A stretch of DNA of 64,000 nt, from positions 64,001 through 128,000 of the forward strand of contig CALSSJ010000002.1 of assembly GCA_943788985.1 (NCBI GenBank), in the 5' to 3' direction. Under the pieces are notes generated by a model. The model saw only the letters and a list, made by a program, of their open reading frames with translations, ran no database searches and was not told where the DNA came from. The position numbers and the translations under genes are program-made. Of the stretch, positions 1-11,769 are shown piece by piece (position 1 is the stretch's first letter; every line of letters begins with the position of its first letter). Origin of the DNA: an uncultured Lentisphaerales bacterium. GTDB lineage: Bacteria > Verrucomicrobiota > Lentisphaeria > JABSQK01 > UBA12247.

Positions 1-1305
1 CGGAAACAACGGCGCTTGCTGTAAATCTACGCCTGCCAGCCCAGCGGCCTGCAGGTCGATCCCACGGCGCTCGAACCAAACCTCCGCTGGGGCACCTTGC
101 CACAGCGTGGACGGGCTGTCCACATCGCCGCGAAACGGGTCATCGATCCCATACGGGCGGATACAGATCGACGCTTCACCGATCGGCAACATATCGAGGC
201 AACACCCGGGCGGAAGCGACACCTGCCAATCGTTCTTGGGGATGCCGGTCAGCACATGCGCGTGACTCAACTTCCAGCGCTGGCCAATGTGCGCATTCTC
301 AATCCACAGCGCATGGTTCTCATCATTCAGACGATATTTCACGATCGCATTCTGAATAAACATATCTGGGTGAGATTTCCCCGGATTCATCGGCGTCAGG
401 CGTTGATCCACGATCAGGTTCTGCAAGCGCTCCGAACTCTCGATCATCTCTCGGCTGGTGCCAAAATGGTAGAACTGCCCGGCAGGCAGCGCGTAGACCG
501 CGCAGGTGAGGCCGGCGAGCGCCGGGTCAGGCTGCGTGGGTGAGGTGCCAAGTCCCAAGGCGAACTCATGGTACAGCTCGTAGTTGTTCGGCCGACCGCC
601 GCTGAATTCCTGCGACTGTTCGTCCCAGCCACACTTCTCAGCCAGCGCCTTGGCGGCGCGTTCACTGAACAGCCACATGCCGGAATCGATCATAAACAGA
701 TTCCCGTCGCGAATCTCCTCACGAATCTCGTCCACCGACGGCTTCTGTAAGCAATACGCCAGTTCGGTCGGACGGCTTCGTGGGCAAAACTGCACGCCAA
801 AATGTGTCGCCTCGTGCGGCTGCACCCACAGCCCGACGATCACGACATCAGCCTCAGGCAATGGCGGCAACGGCTCTTCGAACTGCACCAGTACATCGCC
901 GCTGCACACGGCAAAGCGACTCATCTCAGGCGCGGCTTCAAAAATGCGCTCGTAGCCCTCCACCTGCAGATCCAGCAAGGTCTGGTCCAGGCGCTAGCCT
1001 ACACTCCAGCGCCAGGCAGGCATCGGCAATTGGATCTTCCCCGGGGCCGCGTAGGCGGGTAGGCGTCTGCTTTGCCCGCCGCCGTGCACCATCAGCCGTT
1101 TGTCATCCTGGAGCCACTCGCCAAATGTCAGTTCGCGGGGTGAGGTCTGTCGCCAGGCTTCAATCAGCAGGTTTGCGGTCCCGCCGCCGGATCCAAGCTT
1201 CCCGCCTGGTGGATCGGCAGTTGCGAACCAGCTTGGGCGCGGCAATTCCATCAGTTCTTCAAACGAGGCGGCGCTGTTCGGCGGTAGGGAAACCAGATAT
1301 TGCAC
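1..1305 (-). pseudogene. fkp: Bifunctional L-fucokinase/GDP-L-fucose pyrophosphorylase (Fkp), 5' part, interrupted by an in-frame TAG at 994-996; runs off the left edge
   Basis: N-terminus has DPPGGKLGSGGGT and HGGGQSRRLPAYA, typical of Fkp. The same frame continues after the TAG (WRWSVG*RLDQTLLDLQ...SGDV...FYHFGTSRE...DLQQAPLFP) to the window edge. Confidence 0.85.
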
Positions 1306-1508
1306 AGGAACACTCTCGGGGGCTGTCAGGCGGGGCGGTACAATCTACGCAGTTACGCGCATGCGCCAATCTGCTGCTGAGAGTTGCCCGCCGCAACAAT
1401 TGTCAGCCCAGTCATTAACTCATACCGCCGGGAGCATGGCGTCATCAAGTCACCAAGTCCTGCCCTTCGCACTTTGCGGGAGAGGTGCGTTCCCCTTTCG
1501 TGGTGCCC

Positions 1509-1898
1509 TCAAGCCGCCTGCAGCCGCTCTGAGACCTTCACACAGCCCAGCCCTAGACCGATGCCTGCCGCGGAGCAAACGAGGTCGCTCCAGACAAACC
1601 AGTGTCCCAGTACCAGCGCGCACAATTGATACTCGCGCAGCGCGTCCAGCCAGGGTGGGTGCCACAACTGCGTCAGTTCAATACACACCGCGATGCCGGC
1701 TGCCACGGCCGCGAGCCTGCCGAGCCCCCAGGTGTGCCGAAACCAACGCAAAGCGAGCACCAATGCCACGGCCCACAGCGTGTCCCCGCCATACGTGGCC
1801 ACCGCGTCCGGCCAGATCCCGGGAAAGCTGCGCGTGCTGAGGCCCAGCAGAATGACTGGGCCCAAGAGGATCGCTGCGTGGGCTTGTTTTCGGTTCAT
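1509..1898 (-). CDS. DUF2809-like small membrane protein
   Basis: YGGDTLWA, IELTQLWHPPWLDALR and LVLGHWFVWSDL motifs; hydrophobic segments. Confidence 0.75.
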   Translation of the reverse strand: MNRKQAHAAILLGPVILLGLSTRSFPGIWPDAVATYGGDTLWAVALVLALRWFRHTWGLGRLAAVAAGIAVCIELTQLWHPPWLDALREYQLCALVLGHWFVWSDLVCSAAGIGLGLGCVKVSERLQAA

Positions 1899-1937
1899 CG
1901 TCGTCTGCGTCCAGCCGTAGGCTGTTGGACATTGGCT

Positions 1938-3878
1938 TTAATTTTTGGCTGGCTTTGTCCGGCGAATTCGGTCGATGGCACTGCGGACTCCGCGATGCTC
2001 GGCTGGCTCGAGGTCCTGGCCACCGTAGGCAACATTACAAAATGTCTGGGTGACCTGGGCGATGTCGCTGGCAGCGGGATGCTCCTGTTTCTGGAGGCGG
2101 CCGAGAAATTGGAATGGGGTTTCGGCTGGGGCGCGGCGGAGGCCCTGCTTGCGCAGGATGCGGAGCAGGTCTCCGTAGAAATGCTGGGCCTCGACCACGG
2201 GTTCCTTTCTGCGCCACAGGGGCAACCTCCAGCCCTCAAAACGCCTAAGCTGCCAGAGCATGTAAAGGGCGACGGAGATCAGGAGGATCCAGCGCAGAGG
2301 AACGCGGTCAAAGGCGACCGCTGATACAGCGACCGCGCTGCTGTAGAGAGAGCGAAGCGTCTCGTCCTGGTCTTCCCGGTCAAACTCCACGATTTTCGAG
2401 ACCCAGATGTGTTGCATCCATTCGTAGAGAGACAGCGCCAGTTGTCGCTGCTCGCCAACGTCTGAGGTACCGAAGGGCGTGCCATCGACGATGTACCAGC
2501 GGCCGTCGTACCAAGCTTCGGTCCACGCGTGCGCGTGCTTCGCTCGTACGTTGTAGAAGTCACCGAACTGGTTCTTCTCTTTGGCGACGTAACCGATCGC
2601 GACCCGCGCCGGGATGCCCCGCATTCGCAGCAGAACTGCCATGGCAGAAGCGAATCGTTCGCAGTGCCCTTCTTTGGCGTTCAGGATCAGGTCATCCACG
2701 GGGGCCCCTCGGTTCAGATCCGGCGCTCCGAGGCGATAGGTGAAGTCGTTGCGAAAGGTCTGGGTGAGCATCTCGATCTGTGCAACTGGCTCGCGGTTGT
2801 CGCCCAAGACGTTCTCCAGCCAAGCGCGCAGCTCAGGGGAGGTTGTTGGCAATTCGAGGTGTCGTTTATGGTCGCGTTCCTGGAGGGGCTTGGGCTCGGC
2901 CTCCAGCGTGGTCCAATAGTAATAGGTGGGCTCGTGGCGGAGCGCACTTGAGACGTGTACTGCGCCGTCGCCTGTCAGCACGCCCTGCTGCAGGGTGCTA
3001 CCCCAAACCACGTGCACGTAGCCGTCCGTCGGTAGGTCAATGCCCAATGCTCTGCGATTGTTTACAATGACCTGCCGCTTAATCGCGCCTTCCGGTTGGG
3101 GCAAGTCCCAGTTGCGCAGCTTGACTTGGTTCCAGCGGGAACGGCGCCAGACCGTTCCGTCGAATTCATCAAAAGCCTTGGTTTTCAGATAGCCGATATT
3201 CTCGCCTTCTATCCGAAAAATCATGGCCTCGGAACCAGGCCCGTCTACGCTTTCGCTGCTGTCGATCTCGTCGTGAAGTGGCCCCCCCCCGACCGAGGAG
3301 ATCATGCTGCTATGCACGGCACCAAATCGCGGAAAGAAGATCCAGAAGACCCCGGAAAGCAGGATGATAATCAGAATCCCCAGGCCGCCGAGCCGGTAGG
3401 TGGGGGCGAGATAGGCTTTCGCGGCATTCAGCCGCTCGTTCTCGAGCTCAGCCAGCGCTTTCGGCAACAGGATCAGGGTGAGCAGCAGCACCGGGATCGC
3501 AGAGACGTTCACCACCACTTGGGTGCCCATGCCGATCAGAATGAGCGAGGAGAATACGCACCATTGGCGCGTACGCAGATTCTGGGCTGACAGCGTGTGC
3601 ATTAGCTGGTAGATATAAAGGACATTACTGCCCAGAAAGATGGAGCTGTGCACGGTGCGAAGCTCGGCATTGCTGAATAGGCCAAACAGGGCAAAGGCAA
3701 AAATCAGCGCCACCGTCTGTTGCAGCGTGTTCACGGGCGCGCCTTTCCGCTGCCGTACCAAGCAGGCAATGCTCAGGCCGAGGTAGAGGGGAATGGCCAG
3801 CCGGGTATCCCAGACGTGCGCCTGGCAGTAGGCGGAGATGAGCAGCAGGATGCTCGTGGGATGTGTGAAATGGGCCAT
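1938..3878 (-). CDS. Membrane transglutaminase-like protein (TgpA type; DUF3488 + transglutaminase core + DUF4129)
   Basis: N-terminal TM helices; GHCERFAS, GIPARVAIGY, AHAWTE and DGTP give the Cys-His-Asp triad. Likely ATG at 3878 overlaps the upstream TAA (TAATG). Confidence 0.85.
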   Translation of the reverse strand: MAHFTHPTSILLLISAYCQAHVWDTRLAIPLYLGLSIACLVRQRKGAPVNTLQQTVALIFAFALFGLFSNAELRTVHSSIFLGSNVLYIYQLMHTLSAQNLRTRQWCVFSSLILIGMGTQVVVNVSAIPVLLLTLILLPKALAELENERLNAAKAYLAPTYRLGGLGILIIILLSGVFWIFFPRFGAVHSSMISSVGGGPLHDEIDSSESVDGPGSEAMIFRIEGENIGYLKTKAFDEFDGTVWRRSRWNQVKLRNWDLPQPEGAIKRQVIVNNRRALGIDLPTDGYVHVVWGSTLQQGVLTGDGAVHVSSALRHEPTYYYWTTLEAEPKPLQERDHKRHLELPTTSPELRAWLENVLGDNREPVAQIEMLTQTFRNDFTYRLGAPDLNRGAPVDDLILNAKEGHCERFASAMAVLLRMRGIPARVAIGYVAKEKNQFGDFYNVRAKHAHAWTEAWYDGRWYIVDGTPFGTSDVGEQRQLALSLYEWMQHIWVSKIVEFDREDQDETLRSLYSSAVAVSAVAFDRVPLRWILLISVALYMLWQLRRFEGWRLPLWRRKEPVVEAQHFYGDLLRILRKQGLRRAPAETPFQFLGRLQKQEHPAASDIAQVTQTFCNVAYGGQDLEPAEHRGVRSAIDRIRRTKPAKN

Positions 3879-4990
3879 TATGACAGCAGCTCCCGCTCCC
3901 GGAAGCGGTGGATGGGGGCTCGGGTCCCAGTGATTTCGATGCCTTCGGGCAGATAGAGAGAGACTTTGCGATTTTCGCAGGTCACTAGGCGGTCGAGGGC
4001 GGCAAGCGCCGCTCCGTCGATGGTTGGCAGGACGAAGACGAGTCCGGCACGTTGCGGCAATTTGCGCACGGCGGCCTCGATGTGGTCGGCGGTGGTGGTG
4101 CCTGGCTCGGGCTTGAGCCTGGCGAGTGGTCCGAGGAAGGCATTTCCATCGGTGAACGGTGGGACCGAGATCGGGTCGGGGTTTTGCAGCTCGATATACT
4201 CGAGCTGAAACCCGCTGTCCTGGCAGGCAAGCATGAGCGAAGCCGCAGCGCGCGCAGCCCAATCCAGATGCTCGGGGATTTCTGTCTCGCAGCCCATCAC
4301 CAGACCGACACGGCCTGAGAGTTGTTCGTCGAATTCTCGGACCATCATACCCAAGCCCTTGCTCGTGCTGGGCCAGTGAATCATCTTGACTGGATCCTCG
4401 GGCAGCATGGGCCGCACCCCGTGGAAGTTCTCTCCGGTTCGGGCCTTGTGCTGGCCGGCAAAGTTGCCTCCGAGCATGGGCTCAAAGCCGGCTGCCTGTG
4501 GCGGGGAGCAGGGATAGCTCCCTGGGTGGACAATGACTTCCCCGGCGCAGGCCAACCGCTGGCGCCAGCTGATGAAGCCGAAGGGGTAGGCCGACGCGAG
4601 TTCCAACTCGGAGAACGGGTAGATGCCGCGTCGCTCAAAGATGACGTGCGGGGTGACATGGGCTTCGCCATCGGGCGCTAGGGTGCCGACGGTGAAGAAG
4701 GGACCCCAAGGGCCTTCAACAGAGAGGCAGCCTGCTGGTGCTTTCCCCGGATTGGCGATCGTCCAGGTCCCGATCACTCGCTCTCCCTCGGCTGCAGTGA
4801 TTGTTTCTGGCGGGGTAAGGGTAAGGCCCAGGCTGTGGCGTCCCTCGACGAAGTTGATCACGTAGCAGGCGAAGAGAATGCCGATGACTAGGAACAGCAG
4901 ACCTGACTGGGCCTGCTGTGACGCAGCATAGAGGACGATGCCGCCAGCGACCCAGCACCAGCCCATCTTGGTCATTGTGACGCGTTTCAT
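3878..4990 (-). CDS. DUF58 domain protein
   Basis: ENFHGVRPMLPEDPVKMIHWPSTSK...MVREFD motif; lies between MoxR and the transglutaminase. Confidence 0.85.
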   Translation of the reverse strand: MKRVTMTKMGWCWVAGGIVLYAASQQAQSGLLFLVIGILFACYVINFVEGRHSLGLTLTPPETITAAEGERVIGTWTIANPGKAPAGCLSVEGPWGPFFTVGTLAPDGEAHVTPHVIFERRGIYPFSELELASAYPFGFISWRQRLACAGEVIVHPGSYPCSPPQAAGFEPMLGGNFAGQHKARTGENFHGVRPMLPEDPVKMIHWPSTSKGLGMMVREFDEQLSGRVGLVMGCETEIPEHLDWAARAAASLMLACQDSGFQLEYIELQNPDPISVPPFTDGNAFLGPLARLKPEPGTTTADHIEAAVRKLPQRAGLVFVLPTIDGAALAALDRLVTCENRKVSLYLPEGIEITGTRAPIHRFRERELLS

Positions 4991-5003
4991 GGCTGCTAGC
5001 AGC

Positions 5004-5945
5004 TCAGACCGGTACGGGGACGGATTCCACCAACTCTGCCAAGACCTCGGTCGCCGATAAGGCGGCGTGACGGGTGCCGCGGCGGACGATCACGCGATGG
5101 GCTAGGACGACGGGGCCCGCGGCCTGAATGTCATCCGGTAGCACATGATCGCGGCTAGCCATCAGCGCCAGGGCTTGGGCGAAGCGAAGCAGATCCAGCG
5201 TCCCTCGGGGGCTGGCACCGTATTCCAGGATGTCGGTCGCCCGGGTGGCGCGGACCACATCTACGACGTACTGGGCGATCTGATCGGAGACATGAACGGC
5301 CTGAACAGCCTCTTGCATGATCACGAGTTCGTCGCAGTTGATAACCGGTTTGAGATCATCGATCGGCGTCTTGGTCAGGCGCTGCAACAGCATATGCTTC
5401 TCGTCCTCTGCGCTCATGTAACCGAGGGACAGGCGGACGACGAATCGATCCATCTGGGCAAAGGGCAGGGGATAGGTTCCTTCGAGCTCGATGGGGTTCT
5501 GGGTGGCGATCACGAGGAAGGGTAGAGGCAAGCCGTATTGTGTACCGTCGACCGTCGCCTGACGCTCTTCCATCGCTTCGAGCAGACTGGATTGCGTACG
5601 CGGGGTGGCGCGGTTGATTTCGTCTCCAAGCAGGACGTTGCAGAACAATGGGCCCTTGCGAAAGGCGAATACGCCTTCATCTTGGCGATACATGTTCACT
5701 CCGGTGATATCCGACGGCAGCAGATCGGCAGTGAACTGGATGCGTTGAAAGTCTCCGGAGATGGAGCGTGACAGCGCCTTGGCCAGCATGGTCTTGCCCA
5801 CGCCCGGGACGTCCTCAAGAAGAATGTGCCCACCCGAAAGCAACGCCGCGACCGCTTGGGTGACAACTTGTTCCTTGCCGAGAATGACCTGTGCGACATT
5901 CTCTTCGAGAACCTTTGCCTGTGCTGTTGCCTGTTCCCGTGACAT
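5004..5945 (-). CDS. moxR: MoxR-family AAA+ ATPase
   Basis: LLEDVPGVGKT, RIQFTADLLPSD, DEINRATPRTQSSLLEAMEE, ATQNPIE; GGAGGTGAGG RBS before the ATG at 5945. Confidence 0.93.
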   Translation of the reverse strand: MSREQATAQAKVLEENVAQVILGKEQVVTQAVAALLSGGHILLEDVPGVGKTMLAKALSRSISGDFQRIQFTADLLPSDITGVNMYRQDEGVFAFRKGPLFCNVLLGDEINRATPRTQSSLLEAMEERQATVDGTQYGLPLPFLVIATQNPIELEGTYPLPFAQMDRFVVRLSLGYMSAEDEKHMLLQRLTKTPIDDLKPVINCDELVIMQEAVQAVHVSDQIAQYVVDVVRATRATDILEYGASPRGTLDLLRFAQALALMASRDHVLPDDIQAAGPVVLAHRVIVRRGTRHAALSATEVLAELVESVPVPV

Positions 5946-6049
5946 CCTCACCTCCACCCTGTAAAACGCGCCAAATTGATAGCATAATCAAGCAAATGAT
6001 AAATTGAAGGGCGGAATTGTAGACTTTGCACCAGTTTGGTTCCCTCAGC

Positions 6050-7441
6050 TTAGATATGAATGGCTTTTCCCTGCCAAGCCAGCATAGCTGCTTCCTTAAG
6101 TGGCTCGCTGAAGGTGGGATGAGCGTGGCAGATTCGGGCGATATCCTCGGCAGCGGCCTGGTACTCCATGGCCACGACGGCTTCCGCGATTATCTCTGCA
6201 GTCCGGGGGCCAATCATGTGAATGCCGATCACCTGGTCGGTCGGCTCGTGGGTGATGACCTTTACGAAGCCTTCCAACTCGCCTGCTGCTCGCGCTCGGC
6301 CGCTGGCGGAAAATGGAAACTTGCCGACCGCGTAAGGCACACCGGCTTCCTTCAGTTCCTGTTCGGTCTTGCCCACTGAGGCGGCTTCTGGCCAGGTGTA
6401 GACGACTGAAGGAATGGTGTGATAATTCATGGCGGGGCGCTGACCAGAGATAAACTCGGCGGCGACTGTGCCTTCTTCTTCGGCCTTGTGCGCCAGCATC
6501 GGGCCAGCGACGGTATCACCAATGGCGAAGATGTGGGGGACGTTGGTGCGCATGTGCCTGTCGACCGGAATGAAGCCTTTGTCGTCGATCTGGACGCCCG
6601 CGGCCTCAAGATTGAGGCCAGTGGTATAGGGCCGGCGCCCGATGGAGACGAGCACGTAGTCGGCGTCGAAGGAAAGGGCTTCGCCCTTCTTCTCTGCGCT
6701 GACGACGACGCCGCCAGCGGTTTGCTCGATGGCGGTGACCGCCGTGCGCAGGTGAAAGGTCATCCCCTGCTTCTTGAGAATACGCTGAAGCCCGCTGGAA
6801 AGATCTTTGTCCATGCCAGACATGATCGTGGGCATGAATTCGACCACGGTCACTTCACTGCCGAGGCGCGCGTAGACGGAGCCCAGCTCCAGACCAATGA
6901 CGCCGCCGCCCACGACAACCATTTTCTTCGGGACTTCCTTAAGCGAGAGGGCTTCGGTTGAGGAGAGGATCCGGCCGCCAAAAGGCGCGAAGGGCAGGGT
7001 ATTGGCTTCTGATCCTGTCGCGAGGACGGTGTGAGCCGCGGTGATGGTCTGCGGTTTTTCTCCAGCGATCGAAATCTTCTCGCCATCGACAAAGGATGCT
7101 GTGCCGGTGAAACGGGTGATCTTGTTCTTTCTTATCAGACCGTCAAGCCCGCGCACGGTGTCCCGTACGACATTCTCCTTGCGCTTCATCATGCGTCCTA
7201 AGTCTAGGGAGACGTCAGTTGCAGTGATGCCGTGCTCGGCAAACTTGGTCTGCGCTTGGTGGTAGAGCTCGCTGGAGTCTAACAGCGCTTTGGACGGGAT
7301 GCAGCCTACGTTCAGGCAGGTGCCACCCAAAGTAGGGCGTTTCTCGATTAGAGCGGTGCGTTTACCAAGCTGTGAAGCACGAATTGCAGCGACATATCCC
7401 CCAGGACCGCCGCCGATTACAACTACGTCAAATGGATCCAT
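6050..7441 (-). CDS. lpdA: Dihydrolipoyl dehydrogenase (E3)
   Basis: GGGPGGYVAA, GGTCLNVGCIPSK, HAHPTFSE. Confidence 0.97.
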   Translation of the reverse strand: MDPFDVVVIGGGPGGYVAAIRASQLGKRTALIEKRPTLGGTCLNVGCIPSKALLDSSELYHQAQTKFAEHGITATDVSLDLGRMMKRKENVVRDTVRGLDGLIRKNKITRFTGTASFVDGEKISIAGEKPQTITAAHTVLATGSEANTLPFAPFGGRILSSTEALSLKEVPKKMVVVGGGVIGLELGSVYARLGSEVTVVEFMPTIMSGMDKDLSSGLQRILKKQGMTFHLRTAVTAIEQTAGGVVVSAEKKGEALSFDADYVLVSIGRRPYTTGLNLEAAGVQIDDKGFIPVDRHMRTNVPHIFAIGDTVAGPMLAHKAEEEGTVAAEFISGQRPAMNYHTIPSVVYTWPEAASVGKTEQELKEAGVPYAVGKFPFSASGRARAAGELEGFVKVITHEPTDQVIGIHMIGPRTAEIIAEAVVAMEYQAAAEDIARICHAHPTFSEPLKEAAMLAWQGKAIHI

Positions 7442-7481
7442 CGTGGATTCCCTCGCTGTTACTTAAACGGGTGCGGTGAGT

Positions 7482-8909
7482 TTAGAGCTCAAGCAAAATG
7501 CGGGTAGGATCTTCGCAGAGTTCTTTGATCTTTACTAGGAAGCGTACCGCTCCCGAGCCATCAATGATGCGGTGGTCGTAGGACAGCGCCACATACATGA
7601 TCGGGCGAATGACGACCTCGCCATCGACCGCGACCGGGCGTTGAACGATGTTGTGCATCCCAAGAATTGCGCTTTGGGGCGGATTAATGATGGGCGTGGA
7701 GAGCATCGAGCCGAACGTGCCGCCGTTGGTGATCGTGAAGGTACCGCCGGACAAGTCGTCGAGGCTGAGTTTGCCATCACGGCCCTTCAGGGCCAGGTCC
7801 ATCACGGTCTGCTCGACCTGGTGGAAAGGCATGGCCTCGGCGGAGCGAATTACGGGAACAACCAGGCCTTTTGGCGTGGAAACTGCGATGCCAACATCGC
7901 AGTAGTCATGGTAGACAATCTCGTTGCCGTCGACGCTGGCGTTTACATCAGGGAACTCGGCGAGTGCCTGGGTCACGGCCTTGATGAAGAAGGACATAAA
8001 ACCGAGGCCGATCTCATGCTTCTTCTTGAAGGATTCCTTGTAGGAGCTGCGAATGCCCATGATGGCGGACATATCGATCTCATTGAAGGTGGTGAGCGAG
8101 GCAGTGGTTTGCTGCGATTCGACGAGCCGTGAGGCGATGGTCTTCCGCAGGCGTGACATCGGCTGGCGCCGGGAGCCACGCGTTTCAGCCTGGGCGGATT
8201 CTGCCGCAGGCGCGGCTGCCACGTTAACTGGCGGGGGCGCAAACTTTGCTGCTGGCAGAACAGGAGGAATAGACGGCACTACCAAGGACGGCGGATCAAG
8301 GGGCAGGGTCTCATCCATGGCCTCGATCGGGGTGTTTCCTTCAAGCGGATGTTCATTCAGGGTATGGTGCTGTTGCAGGGCCTGCTCGTGTACCCGTTCT
8401 AAATGGTGGAGAACGTCGGCCTTGGTGATATGGCCGTGAGGACCGCTGCCGTCGATGTCGAGGGCGGAGAGGCGATTCTCGAACATCATCTTGCGCGCAG
8501 CAGGTGACGGCATCGTTGGATCCATGACGGCGCTGGTCTTGCCGGGATCTGCTTCTTCAGCAACAGCCTGTCCGGGAGGCGGTGGCGCTGGCTCTTGGGG
8601 TGCGGGCGCAGGCGATGCGGGCGCCGCAGCACCAGGCTTGGTTGGCTTGGCTTTTTTCGCAGCTGGAGCTTCCGCAGCAGTGTCGATGCGTCCGATGACG
8701 GTGCCGACATCGACGGTTTCACCAGTGTCGTGCAGGATCTCAAGGAACCCCGATGCTTCGGCGACCACTTCGAGGGATGACTTATCCGTCTCGAACTCGA
8801 CGAGCGGTTCATCTTTTAGGACGTGGTCGCCGCTGGCGTTGTACCAACGCGCGATGTCTGCCTCATTGACGGATTCTCCGCCCGAGGGCACTTTGATTTC
8901 AATTTTCAT
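7482..8909 (-). CDS. sucB: 2-oxoglutarate dehydrogenase E2, dihydrolipoyllysine succinyltransferase
   Basis: Lipoyl ETDKS, E3-binding [13 protein letters not shown], catalytic [10 protein letters not shown]. Confidence 0.96.
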   Translation of the reverse strand: MKIEIKVPSGGESVNEADIARWYNASGDHVLKDEPLVEFETDKSSLEVVAEASGFLEILHDTGETVDVGTVIGRIDTAAEAPAAKKAKPTKPGAAAPASPAPAPQEPAPPPPGQAVAEEADPGKTSAVMDPTMPSPAARKMMFENRLSALDIDGSGPHGHITKADVLHHLERVHEQALQQHHTLNEHPLEGNTPIEAMDETLPLDPPSLVVPSIPPVLPAAKFAPPPVNVAAAPAAESAQAETRGSRRQPMSRLRKTIASRLVESQQTTASLTTFNEIDMSAIMGIRSSYKESFKKKHEIGLGFMSFFIKAVTQALAEFPDVNASVDGNEIVYHDYCDVGIAVSTPKGLVVPVIRSAEAMPFHQVEQTVMDLALKGRDGKLSLDDLSGGTFTITNGGTFGSMLSTPIINPPQSAILGMHNIVQRPVAVDGEVVIRPIMYVALSYDHRIIDGSGAVRFLVKIKELCEDPTRILLEL

Positions 8910-11677
8910 TGCTCTCTCTCTTCGATTACGGACGAGGCCTCGTCCGTGAAAAATGCGCTATGTAATAGCTTTTGCTGGTGCTCTTGAAACAGTTTTTTGT
9001 AGCCGATCGCGGGGCTCGCGGCTGCAGGTCGGCTGATCACGCGCAGATTAAAGCTGGCAAGGCGATTGCGGATGAAGGACCAAGCCCCCAAATTCTCGGC
9101 TTCTTCCTGGAACCAGATGCGATCGGTGACGGCCGCGTACTTCTCAAGAAGGGCTGCGTCCTGCTGCTCTGGAATAGGATAGAGCTGTTCGAGGCGAATC
9201 AGCGCAACGTCGGTAATGCCGAGCTCCTCTCGCATGCTGTACAGCTCATAGTAGACTTTTCCGGTGCAGAACACGACGCGACGTGCGGACTCCGCAGAAA
9301 CCTGATCGTCGTCTATGGTTTCTCGAAACCGCCCCTTTTTGAGCTCGCTTAAAGGCGAGCGGACGAGCTTGTGCCGCAGCAATCCCTTCGGGGTCATCAC
9401 GATCAGCGGCTTGCGATAGCGAACGTGCTGCTGCCGGCGCAGCATGTGGAAGAAATTCGCAGGCGTCGTGGGTTGGGTGACAACGATATTATCCTCGGCA
9501 CAGAGCTGCAGGAAACGCTCGAGCCGCGCGCTGGAATGCTCTGGCCCTTGGCCTTCGTTACCGTGTGGCAAGAGCATGACTAGGCCGCTCATGCGCTGCC
9601 ACTTGGTCTCGGAGGAGGCGATAAACTGGTCAATGATGATCTGGGCGCCATTAGCGAAGTCACCGAACTGGGCTTCCCAGATCACGAGGGCGGTGGGCCG
9701 GGCGGTGGCGTAGCCGTACTCGTAACCCAACACGCCATACTCGGAGAGATGGGAGTTGAACGCTTGAAAGCGCTCCTGGCGCTTCTGGATGTGGTTAAGC
9801 GGTGTGTACTCGCTTTCATCCATGGCGTCTGTCAGGATGGCATGGCGGTGGGAGAAGGTGCCACGCTTGGAATCCTGACCACTTACACGGACCGGATGCT
9901 CTTCCAGTAACAATGAGCCCCAGGCGAGCTGTTCAGCCAGCCCCCAGTCCACGGTCTGATTCTCGAAATACAAGGAGCGACGGTTCTTGAACACACGCTC
10001 CAGCCGCGGGTAGATGTGAAACTCCTCCGGGATGGTCACGAGCGCGTCTGCGATGCGGTTCAGCCGCCGTATGGGAACGCCGGTGTCAGGGCTTTTCTCG
10101 AAGTCCTGGCTGTGCGCACGGCGGAAGTCCTTCCACTGGCGGGCAAACTGCCGCGCAGGAAGCGCCTGGCGGTTGCGCCGCGCCTGCTCGAGTTCGTCCT
10201 CAAGCATGTTCTGGAAGCGGTCGTAGATTCGCTTTGCCTCGGTTTCGGTAACGACGCCTTCGGAAAGCAGCTGGTCGGTGTAGATCTTGAGTACAGTGGG
10301 ATGCTTGTTGATGGCCTCGTACAGCAAAGGCTGGGTGAACCCCGGCTCATCTCCCTCGTTGTGGCCATAGCGGCGATAGCCGAGCAGGTCGATGTAGACG
10401 TCGATCTTGAAGCGCTGACGGAGCTCGATGGCCATACGCACGCAATGCACTACTGCCTCGGGGTCGTCAGCATTGACGTGAAACACGGGCGATTCAGTCA
10501 CCTTGGCAATGTCGGTGCAATATAGGCTGGAACGAGTCTCACGATAGTTGGCAGTGAAACCGACCTGATTGTTCAGCACGATGTGTATGGTGCCGCCCGT
10601 GTTGTAGCCTTTCAAGTTGTGGAAGTTCGCAATCTCGTAGACGACCCCCTGTCCGGATATCGCTGCGTCCCCGTGTACCAGCACTGGGACAATGCGTTGG
10701 GTGTCTTCACCATACAATGAGTCAAGCTTGGCTCTGACGCTGCCCAACGCCACTGGGTCCACGGCTTCAAGATGGGATGGGTTGAACATCAGGGCTAGGT
10801 GAATGTTGTTTCCGCACTCGGTGGTCACGTCTGCGGAATACCCGAGATGGTATTTTACGTCGCCTTCTCCTCCGGCTCCAGCCGACTCGGGTAGCGCGCT
10901 GCCTTCGAACTCGGCGAACACGTTCTCATAGCTTTTGCCAAAGAGGTTGGCCAAGACGTTCAGGCGGCCACGGTGAGCCATGCCGATGACAAACTCTTCC
11001 ACGCCCCATTCGGCGCCGTGTTCAAATAACGCAAAAAGCGCCGGCACAAAGGACTCGCAGCCCTCCAACGAAAAGCGCTTTTGCCCTGTATACTTCTTAT
11101 GGAGGAAGTTCTCGAAGCCGACGGATTCGCTGAGCTTGCTCAGGATCTCTCGTTTCTTCTCCGGAGAATAGCCGGGGCGATTGGCCTTGGACTCCATGCG
11201 CTCATGCAGCCACATTCGGATACCTGAGTCGGGAATATAGCGAAACTCCGTGCCGATCGTGGAGCAGTAGGTCTCCTGCAGATGGCCGATGATGTCCCGC
11301 AACGTAGCCGGTCCGATGCGGATCTGCTTGCCGACGTCGAATACGCGGTCCAAGTCCGCCTCTTCCAGGCGGTGATGCGCCAAGCTGAGGTCTGAACGGA
11401 AAAATCTGCGCGGCCGGACTGGATTGGTGTTCGCAACCAGATGACCACGGTCACGATAGGCGTTCACCAATTTCATGACCGCGGCCTCCCTTTCTCGCGC
11501 GTTGAGGCCCGCAGGCGAGACATGATCATCGCCTGCGCTGCCGTTAAGCCCGTGCTGATAGCCCTGAAAGAACATGCGCCACGAGGGATCGACGCTGGCT
11601 GGATCCGCAGCGTACCGCGCATAAAGGTCGTCGATAAAGGCCCCGTTGACATTGACCGAGTTTGTGAGTTGGTGCAT
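8906..11677 (-). CDS. sucA: 2-oxoglutarate dehydrogenase E1
   Basis: [49 protein letters not shown]. Confidence 0.97.
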   Translation of the reverse strand: MHQLTNSVNVNGAFIDDLYARYAADPASVDPSWRMFFQGYQHGLNGSAGDDHVSPAGLNAREREAAVMKLVNAYRDRGHLVANTNPVRPRRFFRSDLSLAHHRLEEADLDRVFDVGKQIRIGPATLRDIIGHLQETYCSTIGTEFRYIPDSGIRMWLHERMESKANRPGYSPEKKREILSKLSESVGFENFLHKKYTGQKRFSLEGCESFVPALFALFEHGAEWGVEEFVIGMAHRGRLNVLANLFGKSYENVFAEFEGSALPESAGAGGEGDVKYHLGYSADVTTECGNNIHLALMFNPSHLEAVDPVALGSVRAKLDSLYGEDTQRIVPVLVHGDAAISGQGVVYEIANFHNLKGYNTGGTIHIVLNNQVGFTANYRETRSSLYCTDIAKVTESPVFHVNADDPEAVVHCVRMAIELRQRFKIDVYIDLLGYRRYGHNEGDEPGFTQPLLYEAINKHPTVLKIYTDQLLSEGVVTETEAKRIYDRFQNMLEDELEQARRNRQALPARQFARQWKDFRRAHSQDFEKSPDTGVPIRRLNRIADALVTIPEEFHIYPRLERVFKNRRSLYFENQTVDWGLAEQLAWGSLLLEEHPVRVSGQDSKRGTFSHRHAILTDAMDESEYTPLNHIQKRQERFQAFNSHLSEYGVLGYEYGYATARPTALVIWEAQFGDFANGAQIIIDQFIASSETKWQRMSGLVMLLPHGNEGQGPEHSSARLERFLQLCAEDNIVVTQPTTPANFFHMLRRQQHVRYRKPLIVMTPKGLLRHKLVRSPLSELKKGRFRETIDDDQVSAESARRVVFCTGKVYYELYSMREELGITDVALIRLEQLYPIPEQQDAALLEKYAAVTDRIWFQEEAENLGAWSFIRNRLASFNLRVISRPAAASPAIGYKKLFQEHQQKLLHSAFFTDEASSVIEEREQ

Positions 11678-11769
11678 ACTATCAAAGCCAGAAGAGATGG
11701 CAGTTATCTAAATCGAAGCCGTACTATATTACCCCACACGCACACCTGCCACAGCAGGCAAAGGCAATT

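Noticed and set aside
3879..4262. N-terminal extension of the 774-aa transglutaminase ORF
   Set aside because: It overlaps the DUF58 gene in another frame and is not protein-like; ATG 3878 gives TAATG coupling.
1938..5945. MoxR-DUF58-transglutaminase triad as a novel system
   Set aside because: A well-known, widespread gene cluster.
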